Below are positions 37,988-46,416 of a stretch of 46,416 bases of DNA, one piece after another (position 1 is the stretch's first letter; every line of letters begins with the position of its first letter). The position numbers and the translations under genes were made by a program. Location: assembly GCA_016839585.1 (NCBI GenBank), contig JAEOTZ010000077.1:1-46416 (forward strand), in the 5' to 3' direction. This DNA comes from Promethearchaeota archaeon (lineage in GTDB: Archaea > Asgardarchaeota > Lokiarchaeia > Sigyniarchaeales > SOKP01). The notes under the pieces were generated by a model. That model was not told the DNA's origin, did not search any database, and saw only the letters and a program-made list of their open reading frames with translations.

Positions 37988-40171
37988 CTACTTTCTACTC
38001 TTTTTTCTTATCGGTTTTTCTTTTTTTAATAATTCGTCTGCTGTTGTGAAAAATGTCTTTTGGGGTTTTTTAGAGATACTTTTTAATCCATTCATCTTGG
38101 ATCTAAATTGTACGGATGAGCTTTTATATACTTTTGGATTCAACTCTGAAATAAAAGGAGAAGTTCTTAAAGCTTGATATCCTCTGGACCCTTGAACTAT
38201 AGAGGGTGTAATCAAATATAATTGATCTTTAGTCCTTGTCACAGCTACATAAAAAACACGACGTTCTTCCTCAAATCCCTCAGGATCACCCTTAACTCTT
38301 GAGGACGGAAAGGAATCTTCGCATAACATTGGTATAAATACTACTCTCCATTCAAGGCCTTTTGCTCGGTGAATAGTAGACAAAATTAAAGGGTTTTCTT
38401 CCTCAATTTGACTCCCAACTAAAACTGTTTTAGATTCTAAACTGGTTAAATTTAAGCTAAGATTTTCGAGAAACTTACGGATAGACGAAAAATTATTTGC
38501 ATATATACTCAATTGATTTAAATCATCAATTCGATCTTGCCAATTATCAAATTTAGCTTTGATATGATCTTCTAAGATTAAAATGAATTTTTTAATAACT
38601 TCAGAAGGCTCATCCTCTGGAGTAAATCTTACCATATTTTTAGCATAGGAGATGGTATTTTTTATACCTTCTTTGGGTATTTTAGAACCTTTTAATTTTT
38701 CAATATAGAACATCTTATTAATTAATGCATCAATGGGGTTTTCAGATTTAGAAATTGCTTCAAAAATTTTTGTACCTGAAGTAGTACCAATCCCTTGAAT
38801 AATAGAAAAAATACGAGACCAAGAAATTTCATCATATGGATTCTCAATTATTCTTAAATGGGCTATTAAGTCTTTAATATGACCCTTTTCAAAAAACGCC
38901 ACTCCTGCTCTCACTTCATATGGAATATTTTTAGCTCTTAGTTCAAGTTCAATTCTTAGTGAATGAAAACCAGCTCGGATAAGAATAGCAATATCTTCTA
39001 AAGAATATCCATCTGAACGTAAATTTAAAATCTGATTTGCAATAAAATAGGCCTGTTCTTTATCATCTCCAACATTTACTTGGAAGGGTAAAATTCCTTT
39101 GGGACGAGTTGCCTGCATAGTTTTTTTGAATTGTTTTACATTGTATTGAATTGAGTTATTGGCTAAAGCCAAAATTTGTGGAACACTTCTATAATTATAC
39201 GTAATCGTATATTTCTTACAATTCTTATATTTTTTTTCAAAATTCAAAATGTTTTGGAAATTTGCTCCACGAAATGCATATATACTCTGAGCATCATCTC
39301 CTACTGCTATTACATTATGCTCTGGATTTTGCTTAACTATTTTATATATAATCTCATCTTGGATATAATTAGTGTCTTGATATTCATCAACAAGTACATA
39401 TTTTATATTACTTGCAATTAATTGAGCAACAGATCTTTCATCTAGTAATTGATTCCAATATATCAAGAGGTCATCAAAATCAACTAAATTATCCTCAGCT
39501 TTTTTCGTGCTATAAATTTTGAAGATTTCTTCTAATTTTCTAACAACATTTTCACTTTCAAATTGAGAATATTTCCATAGGATAACTTCTCGAATTGATT
39601 TATTACAATTAATAGAAAAAGATAAAATAGCTTTTGCCATTCTAGAGTTAGGAAAGCGTTCTTCGATTTCTTTTACATTAGCTTTCTCAATTGAAAGCTT
39701 CATTAATGCTTTTGCATCAGTTTCGTCCATTATTGTATAATTTGCTTTTAAACCTAGTGTTTTAGCATATCTTCGTATAAATCGATTTGCTATTGAGTGA
39801 AAAGTTCCCGCCCAGATCCCTTTTGGACGCTTACCAAGAAGAATCTCAACCCGCTTGATCATTTCATTTGCAGCTTTATTTGTAAATGTAACAAGCATAA
39901 TCTGACTTGGTTTTACTCCTGATAATAAAAGCTTTGCTACAGAATATACAATTGTTCTTGTCTTCCCGGAACCGGCTCCAGCAATTACTAACATTGGACC
40001 TCTAATATTATTTACAATTTCAAGTTGTTCATCATTTAAATCTTTCTCAAAATTAATCTCATTATATTCTTCTACAATTTGAGGAATTTCCTCTTCTAAA
40101 GATTCAGCATAATCCTCGTCGTAGAACTCGAAGATATATTCTTCTTCAATATTATCTTTTTTTATATTCAA
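37988..40171 (-). CDS. uvrD: UvrD/PcrA-type SF1 DNA helicase
   Basis: AGAGSGKT, TFTNKAA, TFHS, DEYQD, GDDAQSIY.FRGA, NYRS, TIHRAKGLEW and EERRVFYVAVTR motifs. Confidence 0.95.
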   Translation of the reverse strand: MNIKKDNIEEEYIFEFYDEDYAESLEEEIPQIVEEYNEINFEKDLNDEQLEIVNNIRGPMLVIAGAGSGKTRTIVYSVAKLLLSGVKPSQIMLVTFTNKAANEMIKRVEILLGKRPKGIWAGTFHSIANRFIRRYAKTLGLKANYTIMDETDAKALMKLSIEKANVKEIEERFPNSRMAKAILSFSINCNKSIREVILWKYSQFESENVVRKLEEIFKIYSTKKAEDNLVDFDDLLIYWNQLLDERSVAQLIASNIKYVLVDEYQDTNYIQDEIIYKIVKQNPEHNVIAVGDDAQSIYAFRGANFQNILNFEKKYKNCKKYTITYNYRSVPQILALANNSIQYNVKQFKKTMQATRPKGILPFQVNVGDDKEQAYFIANQILNLRSDGYSLEDIAILIRAGFHSLRIELELRAKNIPYEVRAGVAFFEKGHIKDLIAHLRIIENPYDEISWSRIFSIIQGIGTTSGTKIFEAISKSENPIDALINKMFYIEKLKGSKIPKEGIKNTISYAKNMVRFTPEDEPSEVIKKFILILEDHIKAKFDNWQDRIDDLNQLSIYANNFSSIRKFLENLSLNLTSLESKTVLVGSQIEEENPLILSTIHRAKGLEWRVVFIPMLCEDSFPSSRVKGDPEGFEEERRVFYVAVTRTKDQLYLITPSIVQGSRGYQALRTSPFISELNPKVYKSSSVQFRSKMNGLKSISKKPQKTFFTTADELLKKEKPIRKKSRK

Positions 40172-40233
40172 AGTTATATTCTTAGATTCTTAAAACAAAT
40201 CCATATTTTTTTTTATTATTTATTTAAAATAAA

Positions 40234-41277
40234 CTATTTAAAGATCTTTCCTGCTCCTCCATGTGTAAGTTCCTCTCCTAATGCTACACGAACAAGGTTA
40301 CTAATAATGTATGGTTCTAATCCTTGAGCTTTAGCTCTACTCCTAAGACCAAGAACACATATAGGGCATAAAAATACCATTGCTTCGGCTCCAGCTTGTT
40401 TTGCATCTATTAAATTTCTCATGCGCCACTCTTCTTGTTCGTCTTTCGAGACATTTAACATTGAGCCTTGGATTGATCCACAACAAAGGGCGTTTTCCCG
40501 GTCATACTTTCTATTTACTCTCTCAACCCCAATTAATTCAAAGAGTTCATCTAACATGTTATCTTTTTCGAAAGTATATCTGGAAGCACAAGGTTGTTGA
40601 TACGCAATTTTCATATTTAATTTTTTTATTTGATCAATATGATCTTTAACATAATCTCTTAAATATTCGATTATATGTATTGGTTTGAATGGTACTTCTA
40701 TTCCATATTCCTTTACTTTATTTGTTAACATTGCGTAGCAATCATCATGAAATAAAATTATTTCTTTAGCACCTGTTTTAGCAAGAGTATCAACAAATTT
40801 TTGAGCATTTTCCTTTAACAAACTTGGTCTACCTGCATGAATCCATCCAAAGTAGCAAAAATATTTTCCTCCTTTCAAGAACGTCAATCCATCAAAAAGT
40901 TGTCCTTCTAAAACTCCTGGTAATAGATCTCCAAGAGAGCATATACTCATAACTGGTTTTTCTGGTTTACCTTTAATAATCTTAGATGGAAGAGCTGAAC
41001 CCAGGTTAAACATACGAATTGCGGCTTCAGTGATTTTAAAAGATCCCGTTTCTTCTTGTCTATCATTAATCAAATCAAATGGGTTAGCCCCTTCAGGACA
41101 TATCATATTACAAGCAGCACAAGTAATGCAATCAGTAGTTACAGGAGTATTTTCTCCATCAATTAACTTTTTAAATTCAATTTTAGCTTTATCTTCTGGA
41201 TATGCTAAATATGGGCATTTTATTAAGCACTCTCCGCATAGAGTGCATTTTGATTCATCAAACATTTTCTTTAGCAA
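40234..41277 (-). CDS. Fe-S oxidoreductase-like protein (two 4Fe-4S motifs plus CCG domain; HdrD/GlpC-like)
   Basis: Two CxxCxxCxxxCP motifs, then Q.PC, CCG and CP.C. Confidence 0.88.
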   Translation of the reverse strand: MLKKMFDESKCTLCGECLIKCPYLAYPEDKAKIEFKKLIDGENTPVTTDCITCAACNMICPEGANPFDLINDRQEETGSFKITEAAIRMFNLGSALPSKIIKGKPEKPVMSICSLGDLLPGVLEGQLFDGLTFLKGGKYFCYFGWIHAGRPSLLKENAQKFVDTLAKTGAKEIILFHDDCYAMLTNKVKEYGIEVPFKPIHIIEYLRDYVKDHIDQIKKLNMKIAYQQPCASRYTFEKDNMLDELFELIGVERVNRKYDRENALCCGSIQGSMLNVSKDEQEEWRMRNLIDAKQAGAEAMVFLCPICVLGLRSRAKAQGLEPYIISNLVRVALGEELTHGGAGKIFK

Positions 41278-41384
41278 ATATTTTTAATTATTTTAATTCT
41301 AATATCTAAAAATTATAAAATAATTAAAGGGAGAAAGTTTAATAATCTTTTTTAGAAGTAAATAGAAAATCTTAATAGCTATGA

Positions 41385-41678
41385 TTAAGGTAAACCTATC
41401 ATTATTTTAAAGGCAGCTGTTTCTTCACCCTCATCAACAGTAGTGATTGTATAAGCAATATCATATTTATCCCGAATACTAGCTACTAATTGAGTAGTTA
41501 TAAATTTCATTCTTGTGGATGTATTTCTCCCTTGCCATTCCCAAACTTTCTGATTATAAGCATCAACAAAAAGAAAAATTTTATCTGAATCTAATAGTTC
41601 AAATAAAGGAACATTTTCTTCAATTTTTATTTCTTCAAATTCTTCTAATTGATTGTTAAGTTGATATACAATAATCAA
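41385..41678 (-). CDS. Single-domain gelsolin-like protein
   Basis: LDSD.IFLFVD, VWEWQG..TS...K and VDEGEET..F are gelsolin-repeat signatures. Confidence 0.85.
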   Translation of the reverse strand: MIIVYQLNNQLEEFEEIKIEENVPLFELLDSDKIFLFVDAYNQKVWEWQGRNTSTRMKFITTQLVASIRDKYDIAYTITTVDEGEETAAFKIMIGLP

Positions 41679-41807
41679 TGTTATTGAATCTCTTTTTCAT
41701 CTCGTTATATCATATTTAGAATTTTTTATTTATAAATTTTTTTTAAAATTTTCTTACCTCCTTAAATTTAAATATGAGAAAGAACATAATTAGCTTAGAA
41801 AATTATC

Positions 41808-42347
41808 ATGAATAATTTTTGGGCAATTTTCATTCTTATTGGGATTATTTTCCTCATTGTACTTATAGTCATTTATATTTGTATTCGAAAATTCCTTAAA
41901 ACTTTAAAAAAACCTGAGAAACAAGAAAAAATAATCTCTTTCAAGTGTCTTGATGGTTATATAGTTAAGTCAAAAGGCGAATTAATTATTGATAATTATC
42001 TATTTTTTCTTGGTTTGAAGCATATATATGAAAAGAGGGTAAAAATAAATGGTCAAACAATCAAATGTGATTGGTATTTGCCAGAAGCCCAAATTTACTT
42101 TGAATATTGGGGTTATTATGGTAAAGCATATATTAAAAGAAAAAAGGAAAAAATAAAATTATATAAAAAAGGTAAATTGAAACTATTATCAATCGAAAAT
42201 AATATGTTTAAGGATATATGTACTAATTTGAATAATAAATTGAATAAATTTATCAAACTAAACAAAAAGAGTACTATGAAAAACTACTGTCCTAGCTGCG
42301 GTACATACCTTGATGAACGATTTCAAAATAATCTTAATCTTATTTAA
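41808..42347 (+). CDS. TM-anchored PD-(D/E)XK-like nuclease-fold protein with zinc knuckle
   Basis: N-terminal TM; DG..VKSKGE..IDN.L, YE, CDWYL and FEYWG motifs; C-terminal CPSCG. Confidence 0.7.
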   Translation: MNNFWAIFILIGIIFLIVLIVIYICIRKFLKTLKKPEKQEKIISFKCLDGYIVKSKGELIIDNYLFFLGLKHIYEKRVKINGQTIKCDWYLPEAQIYFEYWGYYGKAYIKRKKEKIKLYKKGKLKLLSIENNMFKDICTNLNNKLNKFIKLNKKSTMKNYCPSCGTYLDERFQNNLNLI

Positions 42348-42416
42348 TGATTTAAAAACTTGTTAATTCTGACAAAGAAATCTATAATATAATTCTGAAT
42401 TTTTTTTAAAATCTTT

Positions 42417-42797
42417 CTAAAAGTTATTTTGATATTTTCTCCTTCTTAATTTAGATATGAGATGGCCTTTAGAGAGAAGTTGAATTCCAAATTGAGAACT
42501 ATAATCACGTGAAAAATCAGTAACTATATTACAAATCATAATACCTCCTTGCACTTCAGTATCTATACAAGCTTTATTTAATTGTCGTAATTGTGTAATG
42601 GAGATTTCTCTTTTCCAATCACGTATAAACATACCATATAAAGAATTTTCATTTTTAACTAATGCATCAAAAATCCAAATTTTCCCAGATTTACCTTTTA
42701 CTTTTCGGGGACCTTCAATAAATTCATACTTATCTGAAAAAACATTTTTAGTTAATTCAGTTAAACTTTTATCTCCTAAAGACATAGAAAACACCAT
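42417..42797 (-). CDS. Stand-alone Mrr-cat / type IV restriction endonuclease-fold protein
   Basis: GKSG..W.FD, ISITQLRQL, GGIMI and GIQLLS pattern. Confidence 0.7.
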   Translation of the reverse strand: MVFSMSLGDKSLTELTKNVFSDKYEFIEGPRKVKGKSGKIWIFDALVKNENSLYGMFIRDWKREISITQLRQLNKACIDTEVQGGIMICNIVTDFSRDYSSQFGIQLLSKGHLISKLRRRKYQNNF

Positions 42798-42966
42798 TTT
42801 TAACTTTTAAAGAACTTTTAAAGTATCATTTAAATATTACTTCAATAACCATCTACATATTACTTAAAAATATGTATTATCGAGAGAATATACACCAACT
42901 AGTTTGAAGATTGTTTAATTAAATTAAAAGAAGAGTCTCATCATTATAAATTGTAATAAAATAATT

Positions 42967-43488
42967 CTATTCTAATTCACGACCACAAGTTGTACAAATT
43001 TTTTCTCCTTTTTGTATTTTCGATCCACACTCACAACAAAAATTTTTTTCGCCAGTTGATGTAGGTTGTGGTATAGATTTAGGAATAGAAGTCTGTACTG
43101 GTGGAGGGGACACATATTGTGGGGGTGCCACTGATTTGGCGGAGATTCGGTTAAAAACTGCGTTCCAGATTCTTTGGAGTGATTGTCTTCCATGAACTGG
43201 ACAATTACACTTATGTAAAGTCCAAGGTCCATCCATTTTCATCCAAGTTCCAACAGCTTCTTGTCCACATCTCATACATCGATATATTCCATCACGAATA
43301 AGATCAATTACCTGCTCTAAAGCTACTATTGGAAGTTTGAATACTCTAGTTCCATGTTTAGGACATTTCTGTTTTACAATAACTTTCTGTCCACTAATTT
43401 TTAACAAAAATATAGTTCCAATTTGCCCACACTTAGGACAGAAGAACATTTCACGAAATTTTGGAAAACTCATTGAATTTTTGCTCAA
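42967..43488 (-). CDS. Multi-zinc-finger protein
   Basis: Two CxxC-x~20-CPxHG units, a Pro-rich linker and a C-terminal double zinc ribbon. Confidence 0.8.
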   Translation of the reverse strand: MSKNSMSFPKFREMFFCPKCGQIGTIFLLKISGQKVIVKQKCPKHGTRVFKLPIVALEQVIDLIRDGIYRCMRCGQEAVGTWMKMDGPWTLHKCNCPVHGRQSLQRIWNAVFNRISAKSVAPPQYVSPPPVQTSIPKSIPQPTSTGEKNFCCECGSKIQKGEKICTTCGRELE

Positions 43489-43613
43489 ATTTTTATTTTT
43501 TTTTAATGAGAATATAGAAAACTTTATAATAAATTTATATTTGATTTTAACTCTACAAATTCAGAATATTATAAATTATTTAAAGCCTAAAAATACTCAT
43601 TATTATTCTATCA

Positions 43614-44435
43614 TTAGACCATTTTATAAAGCGGGTATTTACCCTCCTCACTAACACCGTATTCTTTAACAAATGGTATTAAATTATTATGTAAAATATC
43701 AATAAGACCATTTGCAACTATATCACATATAAATTTACATTCAAAATAATCCTCCGGCATATATTCACATTTTGGATTAAGTTTATTGCATAATCTTTTT
43801 ACTTGAAGTGATAATCCTTCTGCATGGAGTGGGAGAAAGTGATCCCAACTGTCCTTAAATCCCGCTAATTGACTAGGAGCAACTTGTCTAATAGAATCCT
43901 TCAGTTTTTTTAAATTTTCTATGGATTTTTCTCCAGATTTTTTTCCAATTCTTTTTTCAATCTTTTTTAATTCCTGTTTAGCTTCTAATTGACAAAGAAA
44001 TACCATTTTTTCAAGTAATCTTTCTGCTTCTTTGGTTTTTATAGTATCTACTATTTTCCAATCCCCTGCTTTTTTACAGTCAATAGCTTTGAATTCTGGA
44101 TTTGAAAAATTAGTGGGATAGATATAACATTGTGGTGGTTTTATTCCTGAATTATGTACACTACACCCATTAATCTTTTTATCAAACAAAAAACACTTCC
44201 CTTTTTCCTCATCAAATCTTAAGTGGAAACTAAAAACATTACTTCTTATAAAATCTTTCTTAGTAGCATATCCCCGTTTAATATATTCTTTAGCTAAGAC
44301 TTTAGGAACATCAATTTTAATTGAACAACAATCTCCATGGCAGATGGATGGATCAACACACATCGGCCCTTCAATTGCAGATCTCATTAAATAATTGAAT
44401 TTTTTCACAATTTTCCAAAACAATTCATTAACCAC
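43614..44435 (-). CDS. YkgJ-type (CxxCxxCC) cysteine-cluster protein
   Basis: C...ICHGDCC, CFLFD...CSVH..KPPQCYIYP motifs, plus further C-terminal Cys. Confidence 0.82.
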   Translation of the reverse strand: MVNELFWKIVKKFNYLMRSAIEGPMCVDPSICHGDCCSIKIDVPKVLAKEYIKRGYATKKDFIRSNVFSFHLRFDEEKGKCFLFDKKINGCSVHNSGIKPPQCYIYPTNFSNPEFKAIDCKKAGDWKIVDTIKTKEAERLLEKMVFLCQLEAKQELKKIEKRIGKKSGEKSIENLKKLKDSIRQVAPSQLAGFKDSWDHFLPLHAEGLSLQVKRLCNKLNPKCEYMPEDYFECKFICDIVANGLIDILHNNLIPFVKEYGVSEEGKYPLYKMV

Positions 44436-44606
44436 TATACTAGATACCCTCTTAAATAGTATTTCTTCTTGTTTTAGATGCCTTATTATTTTATAAGTAT
44501 TAATAAGGTAGCATTTTATCTAATTAATTTTAAATTACCAAAACTTTATTTTTTTATTACTTAATAAAATTTAATTATTATATAATTTTTTAAAAAGATT
44601 ATATAG

Positions 44607-46416
44607 ATGAGCGAAACTATGAGTGATTTAATTGTAATAGACATTACTGAGAATGAAAAAATACTTTTAGATGGTTCATTAAAGCAAAAAGAAATAAAAG
44701 GTAATGGAAAATTAGTTTTAAAAAATCCATCACAAAAAAGTAGATTATGGAATCTTTCTTGCGACTTAAAGGAAACTGTAAATACTTCTATCAAATCTAG
44801 AGAATTAGACATAGGAACTCTAAATCCTACACAGGAACTCATACAAGAATACGAAATACAAAATCTTAAACAACCAAATTTAATAATAAACGAAATTTTT
44901 GATACAGAAACATCAATTTCCGATAAAGTTAATAATGCATTTCTTTATCTAAGGGAAAATCAATGTAAATTAAGGCTAACACTTATCAATCCTTTAGATT
45001 TACCCATCTTAGATATAAAACTGAATCGAGAAATGCCTACTATACTTCAAGATATTGAAATTCCAACACCAAATTTAGGAACTGTTAACATTAAAGAAGA
45101 AGGAGAAAAGAGATATTTATCTTGGGAGATAGTTTCTTTAGAAGGTAAATCTCGCGCTGAATTAGATATACATTGTACAGTAAATGTACAAGAAACAAAC
45201 ATACAATCTTTAGGAGCTTTAAAAGTAAGTTATTTAATAAACAACTATAAATTAACAATGATTAATCCTGAAGTGAGAGGTCTTACTGATTCTATGAGCG
45301 GAATAGATAGAGATGAAGGATCACAACCAGGAATATGGGATTGCAATGTAGAATTCATTAATGAATCTGAATTTCAAGTAAGACTTGAAGATGTAAAAGT
45401 GTCTCACAGAATTACGACCGGAGCTGAAACTGTGGTCTCTCAAACTCCTGATAAACTTTTAAATCCCGACCAATCTTGGAGTTTTGATTTCCAAGTTGAA
45501 AATCAAAATGTTCCAGAACTAAGTTCATCAATAGAATTTACTCCTTTGTTTTTAGTAATTACACGAGTAATTGGTGAAATTAATAAAGAATCTACTATCT
45601 ATTCCGTATTAACCGCAACAATAGATAAAACACTTAATCCTCCTGAGGTTAATGCTTATGCTAACACATATATGACAATACAAAATACAATTATTAATAA
45701 TGGAACAGCAAACATTGATACTATCACTATTACAGATGAGATCCCTAAGGATTTTATCCCTCCTGAACTAAGAAGTATTACTATCAAATTATTTAGTGCT
45801 TCTAAAACTGTAGATATTAGTTCTAGACAAGAATTTACACGAAAATTTGAAATTGATCCAGATGATTTAGAACCTGATAAAGATCATAGAATTCATATAG
45901 AATTGTTCAATTTAGAAAGTGAATTACCACCAGAAGCAAAAATAACAGTAAATTATGCTCTTTTAGCAAAAAATCCAAAACCAGAAACTGCATATAATAC
46001 TCCAATTACAATAAATGTAAATTCATCAATTCCTGGAAAACCATTTATAATTTCTCCAGTTGAACCTCCAAATATTAAGGTCAAATATGTAAAAAGAAAG
46101 CTCAAAACTTTAAAAAGTATAAAACCAGGAATGGCTGAAGGAGAATTCAGTATAAATGTACGAATTCAAAATAAAGGAAGCGTAGAATTAGAAAAAATTA
46201 CTATTAAAGATAAAATTCCGATGGGTTTTAGTTTAGCTGGCTTCACTCCTCCTGAAGGTGCTATTCATGAAATTGTTAAGATAGGCGAGGAATCAGAATT
46301 GCAGGTAAAAATTCCTGAATTAAAAGGAAATGAGTCAATTATAATCAATTATAATTGTTCTGGTTCAGGTGATTATCCTAGATATGAACCTCAAGTTATT
46401 GTTCAAGGCAGAGAAG
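44607..46416 (+). CDS. Large beta-sandwich protein (N-terminus resembles a mu-homology domain; DUF11/Ig-like units follow), 3'-truncated by window
   Basis: Open frame of more than 600 codons to the window end, absent from the ORF track. No signal peptide. Ig-like motifs NNGTANIDTITITDEIPKDF and NKGSVELEKITIKDKIPMGF. Confidence 0.85.
   Translation, partial: MSETMSDLIVIDITENEKILLDGSLKQKEIKGNGKLVLKNPSQKSRLWNLSCDLKETVNTSIKSRELDIGTLNPTQELIQEYEIQNLKQPNLIINEIFDTETSISDKVNNAFLYLRENQCKLRLTLINPLDLPILDIKLNREMPTILQDIEIPTPNLGTVNIKEEGEKRYLSWEIVSLEGKSRAELDIHCTVNVQETNIQSLGALKVSYLINNYKLTMINPEVRGLTDSMSGIDRDEGSQPGIWDCNVEFINESEFQVRLEDVKVSHRITTGAETVVSQTPDKLLNPDQSWSFDFQVENQNVPELSSSIEFTPLFLVITRVIGEINKESTIYSVLTATIDKTLNPPEVNAYANTYMTIQNTIINNGTANIDTITITDEIPKDFIPPELRSITIKLFSASKTVDISSRQEFTRKFEIDPDDLEPDKDHRIHIELFNLESELPPEAKITVNYALLAKNPKPETAYNTPITINVNSSIPGKPFIISPVEPPNIKVKYVKRKLKTLKSIKPGMAEGEFSINVRIQNKGSVELEKITIKDKIPMGFSLAGFTPPEGAIHEIVKIGEESELQVKIPELKGNESIIINYNCSGSGDYPRYEPQVIVQGRE

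Noticed and set aside
81-44842. Shadow ORFs in the track (those beginning at 81, 552, 2958, 9276, 9984, 13033, 13827, 14512, 14618, 15951, 16537, 16967, 18181, 19419, 26359, 26369, 28246, 30858, 31917, 32607, 33078, 33402, 39176, 40380, 41030, 42598, 42972, 43337, 44561)
   Set aside because: They overlap better-supported genes in another frame or strand and have no recognisable motifs.

Overview
Strongly AT-rich archaeal DNA, most consistent with an Asgard archaeon of the Lokiarchaeia type. The assignment is inferred from gene content: gelsolin-domain, GPP34/GOLPH3-like, SDS22-type LRR, Alba, histone and Sec11-type signal peptidase genes, TATA/BRE promoters and GGTGA-type ribosome-binding sites. 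The right ~32 kb is mostly housekeeping: CoA-transferase A/B with a nitroreductase, DUF169, cobalamin adenosyltransferase, MFS transporter, thiolase plus DUF35, M28 peptidase, methyltransferase, lipid kinase, signal peptidase, Alba, SWIM protein, histone, uvrD-nurA-herA-mre11-rad50, a CCG Fe-S protein, gelsolin, nuclease-fold proteins and a large beta-rich protein running off the window end. The left ~14 kb is a variable region around a tRNA-Ala(GGC), rich in surface/membrane genes and gene fragments. Its most striking features are: (1) an identical 19-bp motif ATGTTCGAAAAGTGCACCT occurring three times, each just after a TAA and just before the BRE/TATA of the next unrelated gene, like a gene-cassette array; (2) a second 21-bp palindromic motif in the same stop-motif-TATA position; (3) two relics of a LAGLIDADG-endonuclease element sharing a non-coding tail. 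No integrase or recombinase gene is visible, so the cassette model is a hypothesis. All product calls come from motif recognition by eye, not database searches.
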